Assembly (NCBI GenBank): GCA_964653095.1 | Contig: CAZZEH010000009.1 | Coordinates: 39,266 to 103,265, forward strand | DNA: 64,000 bases | Direction of reading: 5' to 3' | Origin: an uncultured Chitinophagales bacterium | GTDB lineage: Bacteria > Bacteroidota > Bacteroidia > Chitinophagales > JADIYW01 | In this document: piece by piece, positions 41,664 through 51,045 of the stretch | How positions within the stretch are numbered: the stretch's first letter is position 1 | Layout of the letters: every line of letters starts with the position of its first letter | Position numbers and translations under genes: made by a program | The notes under the pieces: generated by a model | What the model was told of the DNA's origin: nothing | What the model saw: the letters and a program-made list of their open reading frames with translations, nothing else | The model's database searches: none

Positions 41664-42337
41664 TTTTCGATTAATTTATACCCTACCCCATATACTGCTT
41701 CTATTTCTATATCGGCTGCGGCAGCCTGAAGTTTTTTTCTCAGATTTTTGATTTGAGAATATATAAAATCAAAATTATCCGACTCATCAATATGATCTCC
41801 CCAAACATACTCCGCTAAAGCGGTACGCGTAATCAAACGTTTTTTGTTAAACAGAAAATAATTCAGAATATCATATTCCTTACGATTGAGACTGATTTCA
41901 CTTCCATTGACCAATACTCTGCGCTCTTCAGACAGCAAGGTCAGATTGGCCACTTCCACCCTTGAATTTCCATCCATTTTGTTTCTTCTGAGTACAGCCC
42001 GGATTCGGGCATTCAGTTCCGCAATATGGAAAGGCTTGGGTAAAAAATCGTCCGCTCCCAAATCAAGTCCTTCCAATTTATCATCCAAAGAATTTCTGGC
42101 AGAGATGATAATAATATTGGCCTTTTTTTTCGATTTTTTCAGCTCTTTCAGAATTTCGAGACCGTTGCCGTTTGGCAGATTCAAATCCAACAGAATGCAA
42201 TCGTACTCATAGATATTTGCCTTTTCGTAAGCAGACCAGTAATCAGAGGCTGTTTCAATTACAAACTGCTCTTTCGTTAAAGATTCTACAATATTATCTC
42301 TAAGTTCCTTTTCATCCTCTATCAGCAGTATTTTCAT
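41660..42337 (-). CDS. OmpR/PhoB-family response regulator
   Basis: REC (DCILLDLNLPNGNGLE) plus winged helix (…EYDILNYFLFNKKRLITRTALAEYVWG…VYGVGYKL). Confidence 0.93.
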   Translation of the reverse strand: MKILLIEDEKELRDNIVESLTKEQFVIETASDYWSAYEKANIYEYDCILLDLNLPNGNGLEILKELKKSKKKANIIIISARNSLDDKLEGLDLGADDFLPKPFHIAELNARIRAVLRRNKMDGNSRVEVANLTLLSEERRVLVNGSEISLNRKEYDILNYFLFNKKRLITRTALAEYVWGDHIDESDNFDFIYSQIKNLRKKLQAAAADIEIEAVYGVGYKLIEK

Positions 42338-42377
42338 GAGTTAAAAATACAATTGAAATTGGGAAAGATTTGGGAAT
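42291..42377. repeat. 87-bp direct repeat, copy 1 (native 5' end and upstream region of the response-regulator gene)
   Basis: 86/87 identical to 46081..46167. Confidence 0.9.
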
Positions 42378-42693
42378 CTCTCTTGAAAACTTATGATATG
42401 GTACATCATTTCAGTGGCACCTTATTTTTTAACCATTCATTCAAACATGAAAGTCACTGTTTTATATTTGGGCGTTGTAGGTTGATTTAGCTACAGTTGA
42501 CTCATTGAACTAAAAAACGGATATTTCGCTACTGTTGTTGCCAGTCAACCTTTCTGAGTGATATAGAAAGATAAGCATTTCATCTTAGTGATTTTCTGAC
42601 ACTTTGTAGTATGTTGCTTTTTATTTATGTTTTTAGCTTTAAAATTTGCTTTTTTATAAAAAATACCTTATATTGATACTAAACATCTATACC

Positions 42694-44949
42694 ATGAATG
42701 TTTCAAAATTTATGATACGGAGTTTTATGTTTCTAACTACACATTCACTATTATCAAAAGTAAGAGTCCTATTCTTCTTGTGTATGGTATTATTAAATAA
42801 TCCTATTCATGCCCAAAACGGCATAGCGGACATAGAAAAACAGTACGGTGTAAAAGTCGATTCTGTTTTTCTGAAAGCCACACCGTACAAACAGATAGAG
42901 CAGAATGGAATTATCTATGATGAAGACAAGTCCATTGACTGGTATAATAACATTACCATTTACGAGATACAGTCCAAAGCTATTAAAAATAAATCAACTC
43001 AAAGAAGTTCGGCTAAACCTGCTATCTTTATGATTCCGGGTGGCGGTTTTTTTGATATTAGTGCTGTTGATTCTTTGCAAATGTCATCTGATACACTTTC
43101 TTCTATCACTTTTGGAAGTAAGATGGTGAATGAATTAGATGTAAATGTCTATGTAATTTCTTACGAGACAACACCTGATCAGTTATTATCTAACATGGTA
43201 TTTCTATTTGACGAGCTAAATGATTATGAAAATTGTAAAAAATTAAAAAATGAAGCAGCAAGAGCCAAAATGGAAGAAGCCTCATACAAGTCATTTAGAG
43301 ATTTAAGAAAGATTTTAAAAGTGAATTACTTAGATTCTTCGAATATAAAGGGTATAGACCCCAATAATTTTTTTATAATTGGCAGTAGTGCTGGGGCTAT
43401 TCTATCTTTGAACACTTTGTTTTTACAAAAATCGGAAATCCCTTCTACAATTTCTTATAACACAGATTTTAAAATAGGAAATATAGTTCTTTGCCCGACT
43501 ACAATGACTGCTACTATAAACATCAATAACAGCATCATAAATGATTATTGGCCTATTCCTCAAATGAAAGCCGTTATATCTATGAACGGCGCTTGGATTT
43601 ACGAAGATTCATTACTTACTGCCAATACCCCATCTTCATCCTATGAAACTTGGCTTTATCTTTTGCACGGAACATGTGATGAAATAGTGCATAGAAGAGA
43701 AGGGCGAATTAGTTTTAAGAAACTCAAACTAGTATGGAATCCTCTACCTAAGCTTGAATTTAGAGAAAATACATATCCTGAGAATAGGTTTACAAAGGGT
43801 TATGGTTCAGAAATTATTTTTAATACATTCAAAACCTCTCTCTATAGATTGAGGTACGACCAAGTGTTAGGGGGAGGTCATACTCCATTTCATAACAGTA
43901 ACTATACTACGCTTGGTGCTTGGGAAGTCGAAACACCGTCCTCTAGTAGTGTCAATCCATTATCTGATCAAATATTCCCTTTTATAGATACTCTGATTAA
44001 AAATAATAACCTATTGGGTGTAAGTGCAAACACGTGGCAACCTGAAGCTTTTACAACTCATTGTAAGTCCTTTGACGAACCTCTAGATACTTTGTGTCAT
44101 TCCCCTTTAGGAATAATGTATGGCTTATATATTTGCGACGAAACGAGAACAGCGTTGTATTTCAATCCTCCGCAGGCACCTTTTACAACAGACTGGAGTG
44201 TCAAAGGCAATCTAACAGTTTTGAGTACTACGGATACTACTCTTATGTATAAAAGGACAGTTCCCGTAGGTTCATTGGATACAATCACTCTTAAAGTAAC
44301 TAGACCATGCGGTAGTAATGAACGAGAGGTGTACAGTATTTCAGCTCCTAATTCTTGCGACGGTCTTATGGCAGATCCTGAACCAGATATTTATATGAAT
44401 ATTCATAATATGTTTATCCCTTTTGATGTGTTAGATTTAAATGGCAAGAATGAGCAAAAGTTGACAGCTATCTATTATAATGCAAAAGTTGACGGAGTAA
44501 TAGAATTAGGCTGGACTACGCCATGTATGGACATCACTGAACCGCCTGTTAGTTTTTGGATAGGAGAACATTTGGTATCGAACATTGTAATAAAAAGCAA
44601 TGCACATACCTGTGATTATCTGCATGTACAAGCCCATACTATCGACGAACAGAAGTTGACTATTACTAAAAACGTAAGAAACATACGAGAGAATGAGTGG
44701 AAAATACTGCTTAACCCCAATCCAACTAAAGATTACGTTGTTGTAAAATTACAACATCCAGATATTCAGAAAACAGAAAGTACTTATCCACTGGCACTTG
44801 TAGACACGAGAGGCGTCATCCATCAAAACTCAGTAATTACTAATGGAAGGACAGAGCTGAATGTAGGATATCTTGAGTCAGGCACTTATAAGGTCGTCGT
44901 TCTGTTAGGTGGGGAAGTTATATTTGCCACTTTAAATGTGTCAAAATAA
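42694..44949 (+). CDS. secreted alpha/beta-hydrolase (esterase) with T9SS C-terminal sorting domain
   Basis: First ATG is at 42694 (the track start is TTG). Motifs IFMIPGGGFFD and IIGSSAGAILSL. C-terminus KILLNPNPTKDYVVVKL…. Confidence 0.8.
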   Translation: MNVSKFMIRSFMFLTTHSLLSKVRVLFFLCMVLLNNPIHAQNGIADIEKQYGVKVDSVFLKATPYKQIEQNGIIYDEDKSIDWYNNITIYEIQSKAIKNKSTQRSSAKPAIFMIPGGGFFDISAVDSLQMSSDTLSSITFGSKMVNELDVNVYVISYETTPDQLLSNMVFLFDELNDYENCKKLKNEAARAKMEEASYKSFRDLRKILKVNYLDSSNIKGIDPNNFFIIGSSAGAILSLNTLFLQKSEIPSTISYNTDFKIGNIVLCPTTMTATININNSIINDYWPIPQMKAVISMNGAWIYEDSLLTANTPSSSYETWLYLLHGTCDEIVHRREGRISFKKLKLVWNPLPKLEFRENTYPENRFTKGYGSEIIFNTFKTSLYRLRYDQVLGGGHTPFHNSNYTTLGAWEVETPSSSSVNPLSDQIFPFIDTLIKNNNLLGVSANTWQPEAFTTHCKSFDEPLDTLCHSPLGIMYGLYICDETRTALYFNPPQAPFTTDWSVKGNLTVLSTTDTTLMYKRTVPVGSLDTITLKVTRPCGSNEREVYSISAPNSCDGLMADPEPDIYMNIHNMFIPFDVLDLNGKNEQKLTAIYYNAKVDGVIELGWTTPCMDITEPPVSFWIGEHLVSNIVIKSNAHTCDYLHVQAHTIDEQKLTITKNVRNIRENEWKILLNPNPTKDYVVVKLQHPDIQKTESTYPLALVDTRGVIHQNSVITNGRTELNVGYLESGTYKVVVLLGGEVIFATLNVSK

Positions 44950-44973
44950 TTCTCTTCCACAAAAAAAATAGTT

Positions 44974-46074
44974 ATGGAAAAGTACATCACAATATTCGCA
45001 ATATACATGATGGTATTATCCTGCAAAAAGGAACCTACCGAAATACGGATTACATGGCAGGACAGTCAAAAGGTCAGAATATTGAAAGTAGAACAAACGG
45101 TCAGTCCCAACTCTTTTCCTTTTGATACTGATGATTTAATGACCGTAGAATATACTTATACAGACAGAATACTGAAAGAAATCATCGTACACCGGAGCGG
45201 AGAGACTCATATTTATCCCCTAACAGCTTCGGAGAGCTGTAGGTATGAGATTAATTTGTCAAAAGATATCAAGTACGGCGGTATTCTCGTTTGGATAAAT
45301 TCTTTGTTGAATACATCGGGCGGTAAAATAAGCAGTAATCAAAAACGATATGGAGATGGTTTCGGTTGGGGTGCCAAATTCTTCAAAGACTCTTATTACA
45401 CATACGGAACCAATGGTTTGTTGGGTAGTATTAAAGTGACAAGTATATGGAGTGATGGTAGTGATTCTGTCTCAATACTCAAAGAAACAGAATTGGAAAC
45501 GAAGAGCTACAGTAATGCGTTGTTAAAAACCTATTCCCTAAAAAATTACTTATTGGAATACGATCCGGCGACCGAACTTGACCAACTGGCAGGTCAGGAT
45601 TTTACCACTAAAGCTACTTATCAGACTGCCGCAGGCGTACCAGACGGATTGATACGTTTGGTGAATCAAGCAGTATTGGGATTGAACCGTATGGGATTTG
45701 AAGACTATTATCTACATTCACAATACGATATACGTACTGAATCCGATTTAATAGAAGAAGATAAAAAAGCTGCTCATGCCGCAGATGTCGCCAAATACCG
45801 ATATACGTTTGCTGACTGGATTTTTTCTTTCGGACTGAATAATGCTTTCGTCATTCCCAATCAAGGCAATCAACTCATAGCCACCAAACACATTACAGGC
45901 AAAACCTTAGTAGATGGAGAATATGAATATGATGAAGACGACCATCGTGACAGACTTATCAATCCAGTATATTTAGATATAGATTCTATCGCTAATTACT
46001 TATACATCCATAACAGTATTGATAAGATCTTGGAAATCGCAGGATTAAAAATTCATTATGAATTAGTGGAGTAA
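44974..46074 (+). CDS. hypothetical lipoprotein
   Basis: 366 aa, lipobox VLSC, no recognisable motif. 24 nt after the esterase gene. Confidence 0.6.
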   Translation: MEKYITIFAIYMMVLSCKKEPTEIRITWQDSQKVRILKVEQTVSPNSFPFDTDDLMTVEYTYTDRILKEIIVHRSGETHIYPLTASESCRYEINLSKDIKYGGILVWINSLLNTSGGKISSNQKRYGDGFGWGAKFFKDSYYTYGTNGLLGSIKVTSIWSDGSDSVSILKETELETKSYSNALLKTYSLKNYLLEYDPATELDQLAGQDFTTKATYQTAAGVPDGLIRLVNQAVLGLNRMGFEDYYLHSQYDIRTESDLIEEDKKAAHAADVAKYRYTFADWIFSFGLNNAFVIPNQGNQLIATKHITGKTLVDGEYEYDEDDHRDRLINPVYLDIDSIANYLYIHNSIDKILEIAGLKIHYELVE

Positions 46075-46080
46075 ACAAAA

Positions 46081-46167
46081 ATATTATCTCTAAGTTCCTT
46101 TTCATCTTCTATCAGCAGTATTTTCATGAGTTAAAAATACAATTGAAATTGGGAAAGATTTGGGAAT
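46081..46167. repeat. 87-bp direct repeat, copy 2 (orphan copy of the response-regulator start)
   Basis: Contains ATG plus the first 16 codons (MKILLIEDEKELRDNI) of the regulator, then runs into unrelated sequence and stops. Confidence 0.9.
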
Positions 46168-46198
46168 TTACTCCAATAGAATAAACAATCCGCCGCAG

Positions 46199-47344
46199 CT
46201 AAGCCGGCACCATTGTCTTTTTTCTCTGTACCGTTCTTTTAATACGAGATGTTTTTCTCAGTTTATTCCACCAGATAAAAACTCCGGTAATCGGCATACT
46301 GGTCGCAATCAAACAGGAAATAAAATACAGGACTTTGGAAAACATTCCGTAAGTCGTTCCCATGTGCAGCCCGTGTATCAGACGGGTAATCTGCTCTCCG
46401 GTAGTCAAATCCGAGAAAAGAGCAGTCTTTAAAACTTCACCGCTCTGAGAACTGACGGTAACTTTATCTGCAGCTTCTTTGTTAAATTTTTTCTTGTCGA
46501 ATTTAGTGACCTCATACTCTCCCGTAGTCGGAACAGTAATAATCGTTTTCCCGACATAATTCAATTCACGGTTGACAATACTAAGCGCCTCTTCATAAGA
46601 AAGTACGGCTGCTGTCTCAGCTTTCTGAGCTTTGCCGCCGCGTGGCAGACGTTCTTTCCCCGTCAGTACTTTGTGAAAAGCATTGTCGTACCACTTAAAA
46701 GACCAGGTCAGTCCGGTCAGGCTCATGACGATAAGAAAAAACAGAGCATAAAAACCAAGTGTACTGTGCAAATCGTGATTTATGCGTTTCCAGTTGGCAT
46801 CGGTCTTTATCTTAAAGCCCGGCTTAAAACTGTTCCAGCCTTTGATTTTTTTGGGCAGCCACAAAATAAAACCGGATATACAGAGAAAAAGAAAAATTAA
46901 AGTCGCAGCCCCTACTATCGGACGGCCGGTTTCTATATCCATCAGTAACCATCTGTGCAATTTGAAAACAGTCAGAAAAAAGCCCGAAGCAGGTCCCTTT
47001 ACAGAACCCAAGACTTCGCCTGAGTATTGGTTGACCATATAATTAGTCCCGCGAAAATCCTCTTTATCAGCTTTTATATTGATTGTAAAGGGTCTTGCCT
47101 GATCGTCCGTAAAAGATATTCTTGCGGCTTTACCCCCGGTGGCGCTTTCTGCATTTTCTACCAAAACAGAAATGGGCAGTCTGGATTCTTCGATAGCCTG
47201 AATGCGGTATTTTTCAGGTTCTAACCACTCCTCTATCTCTGTACGGAATGTGTAAATTGTCCCTGTCAGACAGACCACAAAAAGAATCAGCCCACTGGCA
47301 ATTCCCAGCCAAAGATGCAGGTTATTAATAAGTTTTCTGACCAT
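46199..47344 (-). CDS. PepSY-associated TM-helix protein (PiuB-like)
   Basis: 381 aa. N-terminus LHLWLGIASGLILFVVCLTGTIYTF and four TM helices flanking a large loop. Directly downstream of a TonB-dependent receptor. Confidence 0.85.
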   Translation of the reverse strand: MVRKLINNLHLWLGIASGLILFVVCLTGTIYTFRTEIEEWLEPEKYRIQAIEESRLPISVLVENAESATGGKAARISFTDDQARPFTINIKADKEDFRGTNYMVNQYSGEVLGSVKGPASGFFLTVFKLHRWLLMDIETGRPIVGAATLIFLFLCISGFILWLPKKIKGWNSFKPGFKIKTDANWKRINHDLHSTLGFYALFFLIVMSLTGLTWSFKWYDNAFHKVLTGKERLPRGGKAQKAETAAVLSYEEALSIVNRELNYVGKTIITVPTTGEYEVTKFDKKKFNKEAADKVTVSSQSGEVLKTALFSDLTTGEQITRLIHGLHMGTTYGMFSKVLYFISCLIATSMPITGVFIWWNKLRKTSRIKRTVQRKKTMVPA

Positions 47345-47378
47345 AGTTTAAATTTATGTTTCCGGGCAAATCTGTTTT

Positions 47379-47457
47379 TATATTGTTTGTAACCACGGCA
47401 TAATACCAAAATAAAGTTTCGCTTTATCGGTCTATTTTGAATTTCAAATTGGTATTA
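47379..47457 (+). repeat. intergenic repeat family C, copy 2
   Basis: TATATTGTTTGTAACCACGGCATAATACCAAAATAAAGTTTCGCTTTATCGGTCTATTTTGAATTTCAAATTGGTATTA. Ends 3 nt from the receptor stop codon. Confidence 0.6.
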
Positions 47458-47459
47458 TT

Positions 47460-49844
47460 TTAAAACTTCATATTCACCTGTACAGAGAAATTAAACGGAT
47501 CTATAGGGTTGATATACCCGCCTCTGTAGTAAGAGGTATAGCCTACTTCGTTGGTGATATTATTCAGGAACAAATGATAGTCAAATCTTTTTCGGGAATA
47601 TCCCAATTGCATATTCAGGGTAGTATAAGCCGGCATGTCAAAGTATTTCACACCCGGTACAGTACTGTGTACTGCAGTGATTTTGGTGTGTTCGTTTACA
47701 GGTCTTTTCCCTACATAATACACTCCTGCCCCCAAAGACAAACCTTTTACAGCAGTTTTGGAAAATTTGTATTGTAACCATCCATTGGCAGTATGGCTCG
47801 GTGCGTTCATCGGACGGGAACCATCCATATATGCCGGTGATTCCTCATAGTGTGCTTTGAGATATGCGTATCCTACTAAGACTTTCAAATCAGCAGTCGG
47901 ATGTCCAATAATTTCCACTTCCACACCTTCACGGTTTAAATCTCCGGCTAAACCATATACTCCTGTGGCGACCTGTAGGGAATCGTATAACTGATAAGCC
48001 AGATTTTTATTGGCGGCTTTGAAGACAGTTATATTGGCATGCAATTTTTCATTCAGCCACTGAGTTTTTATACCTAATTCATACTGTTGAGTTCTGGAAT
48101 TTCCTACCGTACCGCCATCTTCCAATGGGTTAGATGCAGAGCGAAGGTTGGATGTAGTGGTATAAGAACCAAAAATGTTCAGGTTTTTTGTGGGAGAAAT
48201 CATCAGACCTACCATCGGGTCCCACACACTTTCTTTCAAATCTTTAGAATAGCTCCAGCGCACTCCTCCAATTAGTTTGGCATATTCTGAAATAGATAAA
48301 TAATGCTGAGTCATAAAACCGTAGTAAAAGGATTTGGTCTTCACTTTAGCCCCTAACTCTAACTTTTCAGCCTCATAGGTATCAAAACCTGTTACTTTGG
48401 AATTATCAATATCCTGATAAATATCTATGACATCAATGTTTTTAATTCCGGCAGCAGAGCGGGTTTGGGTGTGGTTGACATTGTGGTCATAACCTACCTG
48501 CCAGTTCCAGGTCACGATACCTTTTTTCATATCCTGTCCCATGATATCTGCCTGAAATGTAGAGTTGTAATCATTTCGGTAGCTTCTGCCTATACCCCGA
48601 ACTCTTTTGTTGTAGATAGTCTCTCCGCCCTCTTTAAACAACCCGAATGAAGCTCCCTGCTGATCGGATTTGAAATAAGAATTGAAGAAAGCTACTCTCG
48701 CAGTAATATTTTTGTTCAGCTTTCTTTCGGCTCTGATACTGTAATTGATATTTTGACTTTTGGAAAAGTCATCTTTAAACCCTGAGAATTTCTTTTTCAT
48801 ATTATAAAGAGCATAGACTGAATCTTCATCCATATTAAACGTCCCTCTGTCCGGTGTGATATTATCTCTGAGATAATCCATTTCTAAGATGATATCAGTC
48901 TTATTGTCCGGTCTCCAAGTGAAAGAGGGATTGATATAGATTCGGTCATTTCTGATTTCATTTTTATATCCTTTCCCCATTTGGAAAGCTCCTGTCAGTC
49001 TGAAACCTGCCTGTTGCTTAACTCCTGTATAAGTCTGAAGGTCGTACTGCAATCTGGAATTCAGCCAGGAACCCGTCCGAATGCCCAGCTCTGCACTCTT
49101 TTTAAACAGAGGAGTCTTGGATATCACGTTGATTACGCCTCCTGCACTGCCCAAATCATTGCCCATGCCCTGAGTAATCGCTGCTGAACCTTTGATGACC
49201 TGTATCGATTCCACACCTGCCATATCAGAAATCGCACTTGCTGTTCTGAAATCCGAATCCATGCGTACGCCGTTTTTCAAGACCGGAGTCCCGCGATAGC
49301 CACGTATAGACATCGATTCTTTATTGGCACCGTATCCCGCAAATTTAGTGACACCTGCCACGTTTTTCGTCGCATCCGTAATAGTCAGAATGCCCTGACT
49401 CTCGATAATATCTGCCGACACGACAGAGATAGTCTGGATATGGTCAAAAATCTTCACCGGGAAACGGGTAATCTGTTCCAATCCTCTTGGATTTTTATTT
49501 TGCTCTCCCAATACTTCCACCTCATCCAGTGTGTAAATTTTGGAACCTTGAAAGTTATATTCCAAATCGTTGTCATCAGAAATTAAAATAGACTCCGAAT
49601 AATATTCTCCGTCCGGAAATTCCATACTGATTATATGTTGTCCCCGGACAAGAGGAGGAGTTTCAAACTTTCCGTCTTCATTGGTCACTGTATATGTCCC
49701 AATATCTTCAATCCCTATTTTCACCCCTGCTGCCGGATCAGCATTTTGATTCGTAATTTTACCGAAAACAACGCGTCCCATTGCAGACACGTTACTGCAA
49801 CTAAGGGTTATGGCAAACAAAAAGGTAAGTGTATAAATTCGCAT
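47460..49844 (-). CDS. TonB-dependent (siderophore-type) outer-membrane receptor
   Basis: 794 aa, signal peptide, carboxypeptidase-regulatory-like N-domain (GKITNQN…), plug, beta-barrel ending …VQVNMKF (terminal Phe). Confidence 0.9.
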   Translation of the reverse strand: MRIYTLTFLFAITLSCSNVSAMGRVVFGKITNQNADPAAGVKIGIEDIGTYTVTNEDGKFETPPLVRGQHIISMEFPDGEYYSESILISDDNDLEYNFQGSKIYTLDEVEVLGEQNKNPRGLEQITRFPVKIFDHIQTISVVSADIIESQGILTITDATKNVAGVTKFAGYGANKESMSIRGYRGTPVLKNGVRMDSDFRTASAISDMAGVESIQVIKGSAAITQGMGNDLGSAGGVINVISKTPLFKKSAELGIRTGSWLNSRLQYDLQTYTGVKQQAGFRLTGAFQMGKGYKNEIRNDRIYINPSFTWRPDNKTDIILEMDYLRDNITPDRGTFNMDEDSVYALYNMKKKFSGFKDDFSKSQNINYSIRAERKLNKNITARVAFFNSYFKSDQQGASFGLFKEGGETIYNKRVRGIGRSYRNDYNSTFQADIMGQDMKKGIVTWNWQVGYDHNVNHTQTRSAAGIKNIDVIDIYQDIDNSKVTGFDTYEAEKLELGAKVKTKSFYYGFMTQHYLSISEYAKLIGGVRWSYSKDLKESVWDPMVGLMISPTKNLNIFGSYTTTSNLRSASNPLEDGGTVGNSRTQQYELGIKTQWLNEKLHANITVFKAANKNLAYQLYDSLQVATGVYGLAGDLNREGVEVEIIGHPTADLKVLVGYAYLKAHYEESPAYMDGSRPMNAPSHTANGWLQYKFSKTAVKGLSLGAGVYYVGKRPVNEHTKITAVHSTVPGVKYFDMPAYTTLNMQLGYSRKRFDYHLFLNNITNEVGYTSYYRGGYINPIDPFNFSVQVNMKF

Positions 49845-49916
49845 CTTATTTTAAATTAGTCTAATTAAGCGCAAATATAATTACTCCTCTTTTGCCACAA
49901 GCTACCCTATTTATCA

Positions 49917-49947
49917 AATACCTACTTAATACCTAAGTTTAGGTATT
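49917..49947. promoter_or_regulatory. candidate operator: AATACCTA half-sites (two direct, one inverted)
   Basis: AATACCTA at 49917 and 49928, and a perfect palindrome AATACCTAA-gt-TTAGGTATT at 49928-49947. Lies 73-103 nt upstream of the receptor ATG in the divergent intergenic region. Confidence 0.4.
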
Positions 49948-50340
49948 GGCAGACAAGAGCCCATTTGAAAATAAAGTTTCATCCATCTTTGCAGTGCCTT
50001 TTAAAAGGTCATAATGATTCACATCAGACACTTTATTTTTCTGATACTGATTACATCAGTTTTCTCTTTCAAAAAGAGTCTCAAATCCTTCCAGGCACAG
50101 CTATTTTGGATTCAAATAGTCGGACGAAAGCACACGCCTTTTGAGAAGTTGTTTCATATTTCCCTGCACTTGCATGCTCTAAATATACCCACTTTGTCAA
50201 TAACAGAGTAAGTTTGAGAGTTTTTCAGCAGACCCTATTTAAAAATAACTTTTCTGATGTTAAAATACAAGAAGAGGCAACTTTTTACGTACTTCGTATC
50301 CGAATTCAAGAGTTTATCGTAATTTATAGATTAAGATATT

Positions 50341-51045
50341 ATGGCAAATACAGTCGCTTCTGTTGAGAATGTCTCTAAGTTGTACAAGTCGGGAGATACT
50401 GTAACAGTTGCATTGGCTGAAAGCACTATTGGTTTCAATTCCAATGAGCTCACACTAATTTTGGGGCCGTCCGGATCTGGGAAGACAACCTTGCTGTCTT
50501 TATTGGGTTGTGTCATTTATCCTACGACGGGCAAAGTGATAATCAACAATCAAGATGTAACTCATTTCTCTGATAAGCAATTGGCAAAAGTCAGAATAGA
50601 TACCATCGGTTTTGTATTTCAAGGATTCAACTTGATACAACCACTTACCGCTTTGGAAAACGTGATGTCTCCGTTATTGCTAAAAGGAGAATCTTTTCGT
50701 GTTTCCAAAAGGAAAGCGATGGAAGCATTGAAATTAGTCAATATGGAAGATCGGACGAATCATTTGCCTCAGATGTTGAGCGGTGGTCAAAAGCAACGTG
50801 TGGCAATTGCAAGAGCCTTAGTAACCGAACCTCAAATTTTATTGTGCGATGAGCCTACCGCATCAATAGATTCAAAAACGTCACATAAAATAATGATGGA
50901 GCTAAAAGAATTGTCAAAAGCCGGGAAAGTGGTCATCGTGGTCACGCATGATACTCGATTGAAACGTTTTGCAGACAGAATTATTTACCTATCTGAAGGG
51001 AGAACTTCAGAACAACCATTTGAAAATGATGAATTTGAATTGTAA
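50341..51045 (+). CDS. ABC transporter ATP-binding protein (MacB/LolD-type)
   Basis: Walker A GPSGSGKTT, signature LSGGQKQRVAIARAL, Walker B LLCDEPT. Confidence 0.93.
   Translation: MANTVASVENVSKLYKSGDTVTVALAESTIGFNSNELTLILGPSGSGKTTLLSLLGCVIYPTTGKVIINNQDVTHFSDKQLAKVRIDTIGFVFQGFNLIQPLTALENVMSPLLLKGESFRVSKRKAMEALKLVNMEDRTNHLPQMLSGGQKQRVAIARALVTEPQILLCDEPTASIDSKTSHKIMMELKELSKAGKVVIVVTHDTRLKRFADRIIYLSEGRTSEQPFENDEFEL

Noticed and set aside
46160-46432. 90-aa plus-strand ORF, plus other plus-strand ORFs through 47224
   Set aside because: Antisense to the well-supported PepSY-TM gene.
50014-50211. 65-aa plus-strand ORF in the receptor/ABC divergent intergenic region
   Set aside because: No motif, and hydrophobic/low-complexity. 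It sits where promoters and operators are expected, and there is no evidence for coding.
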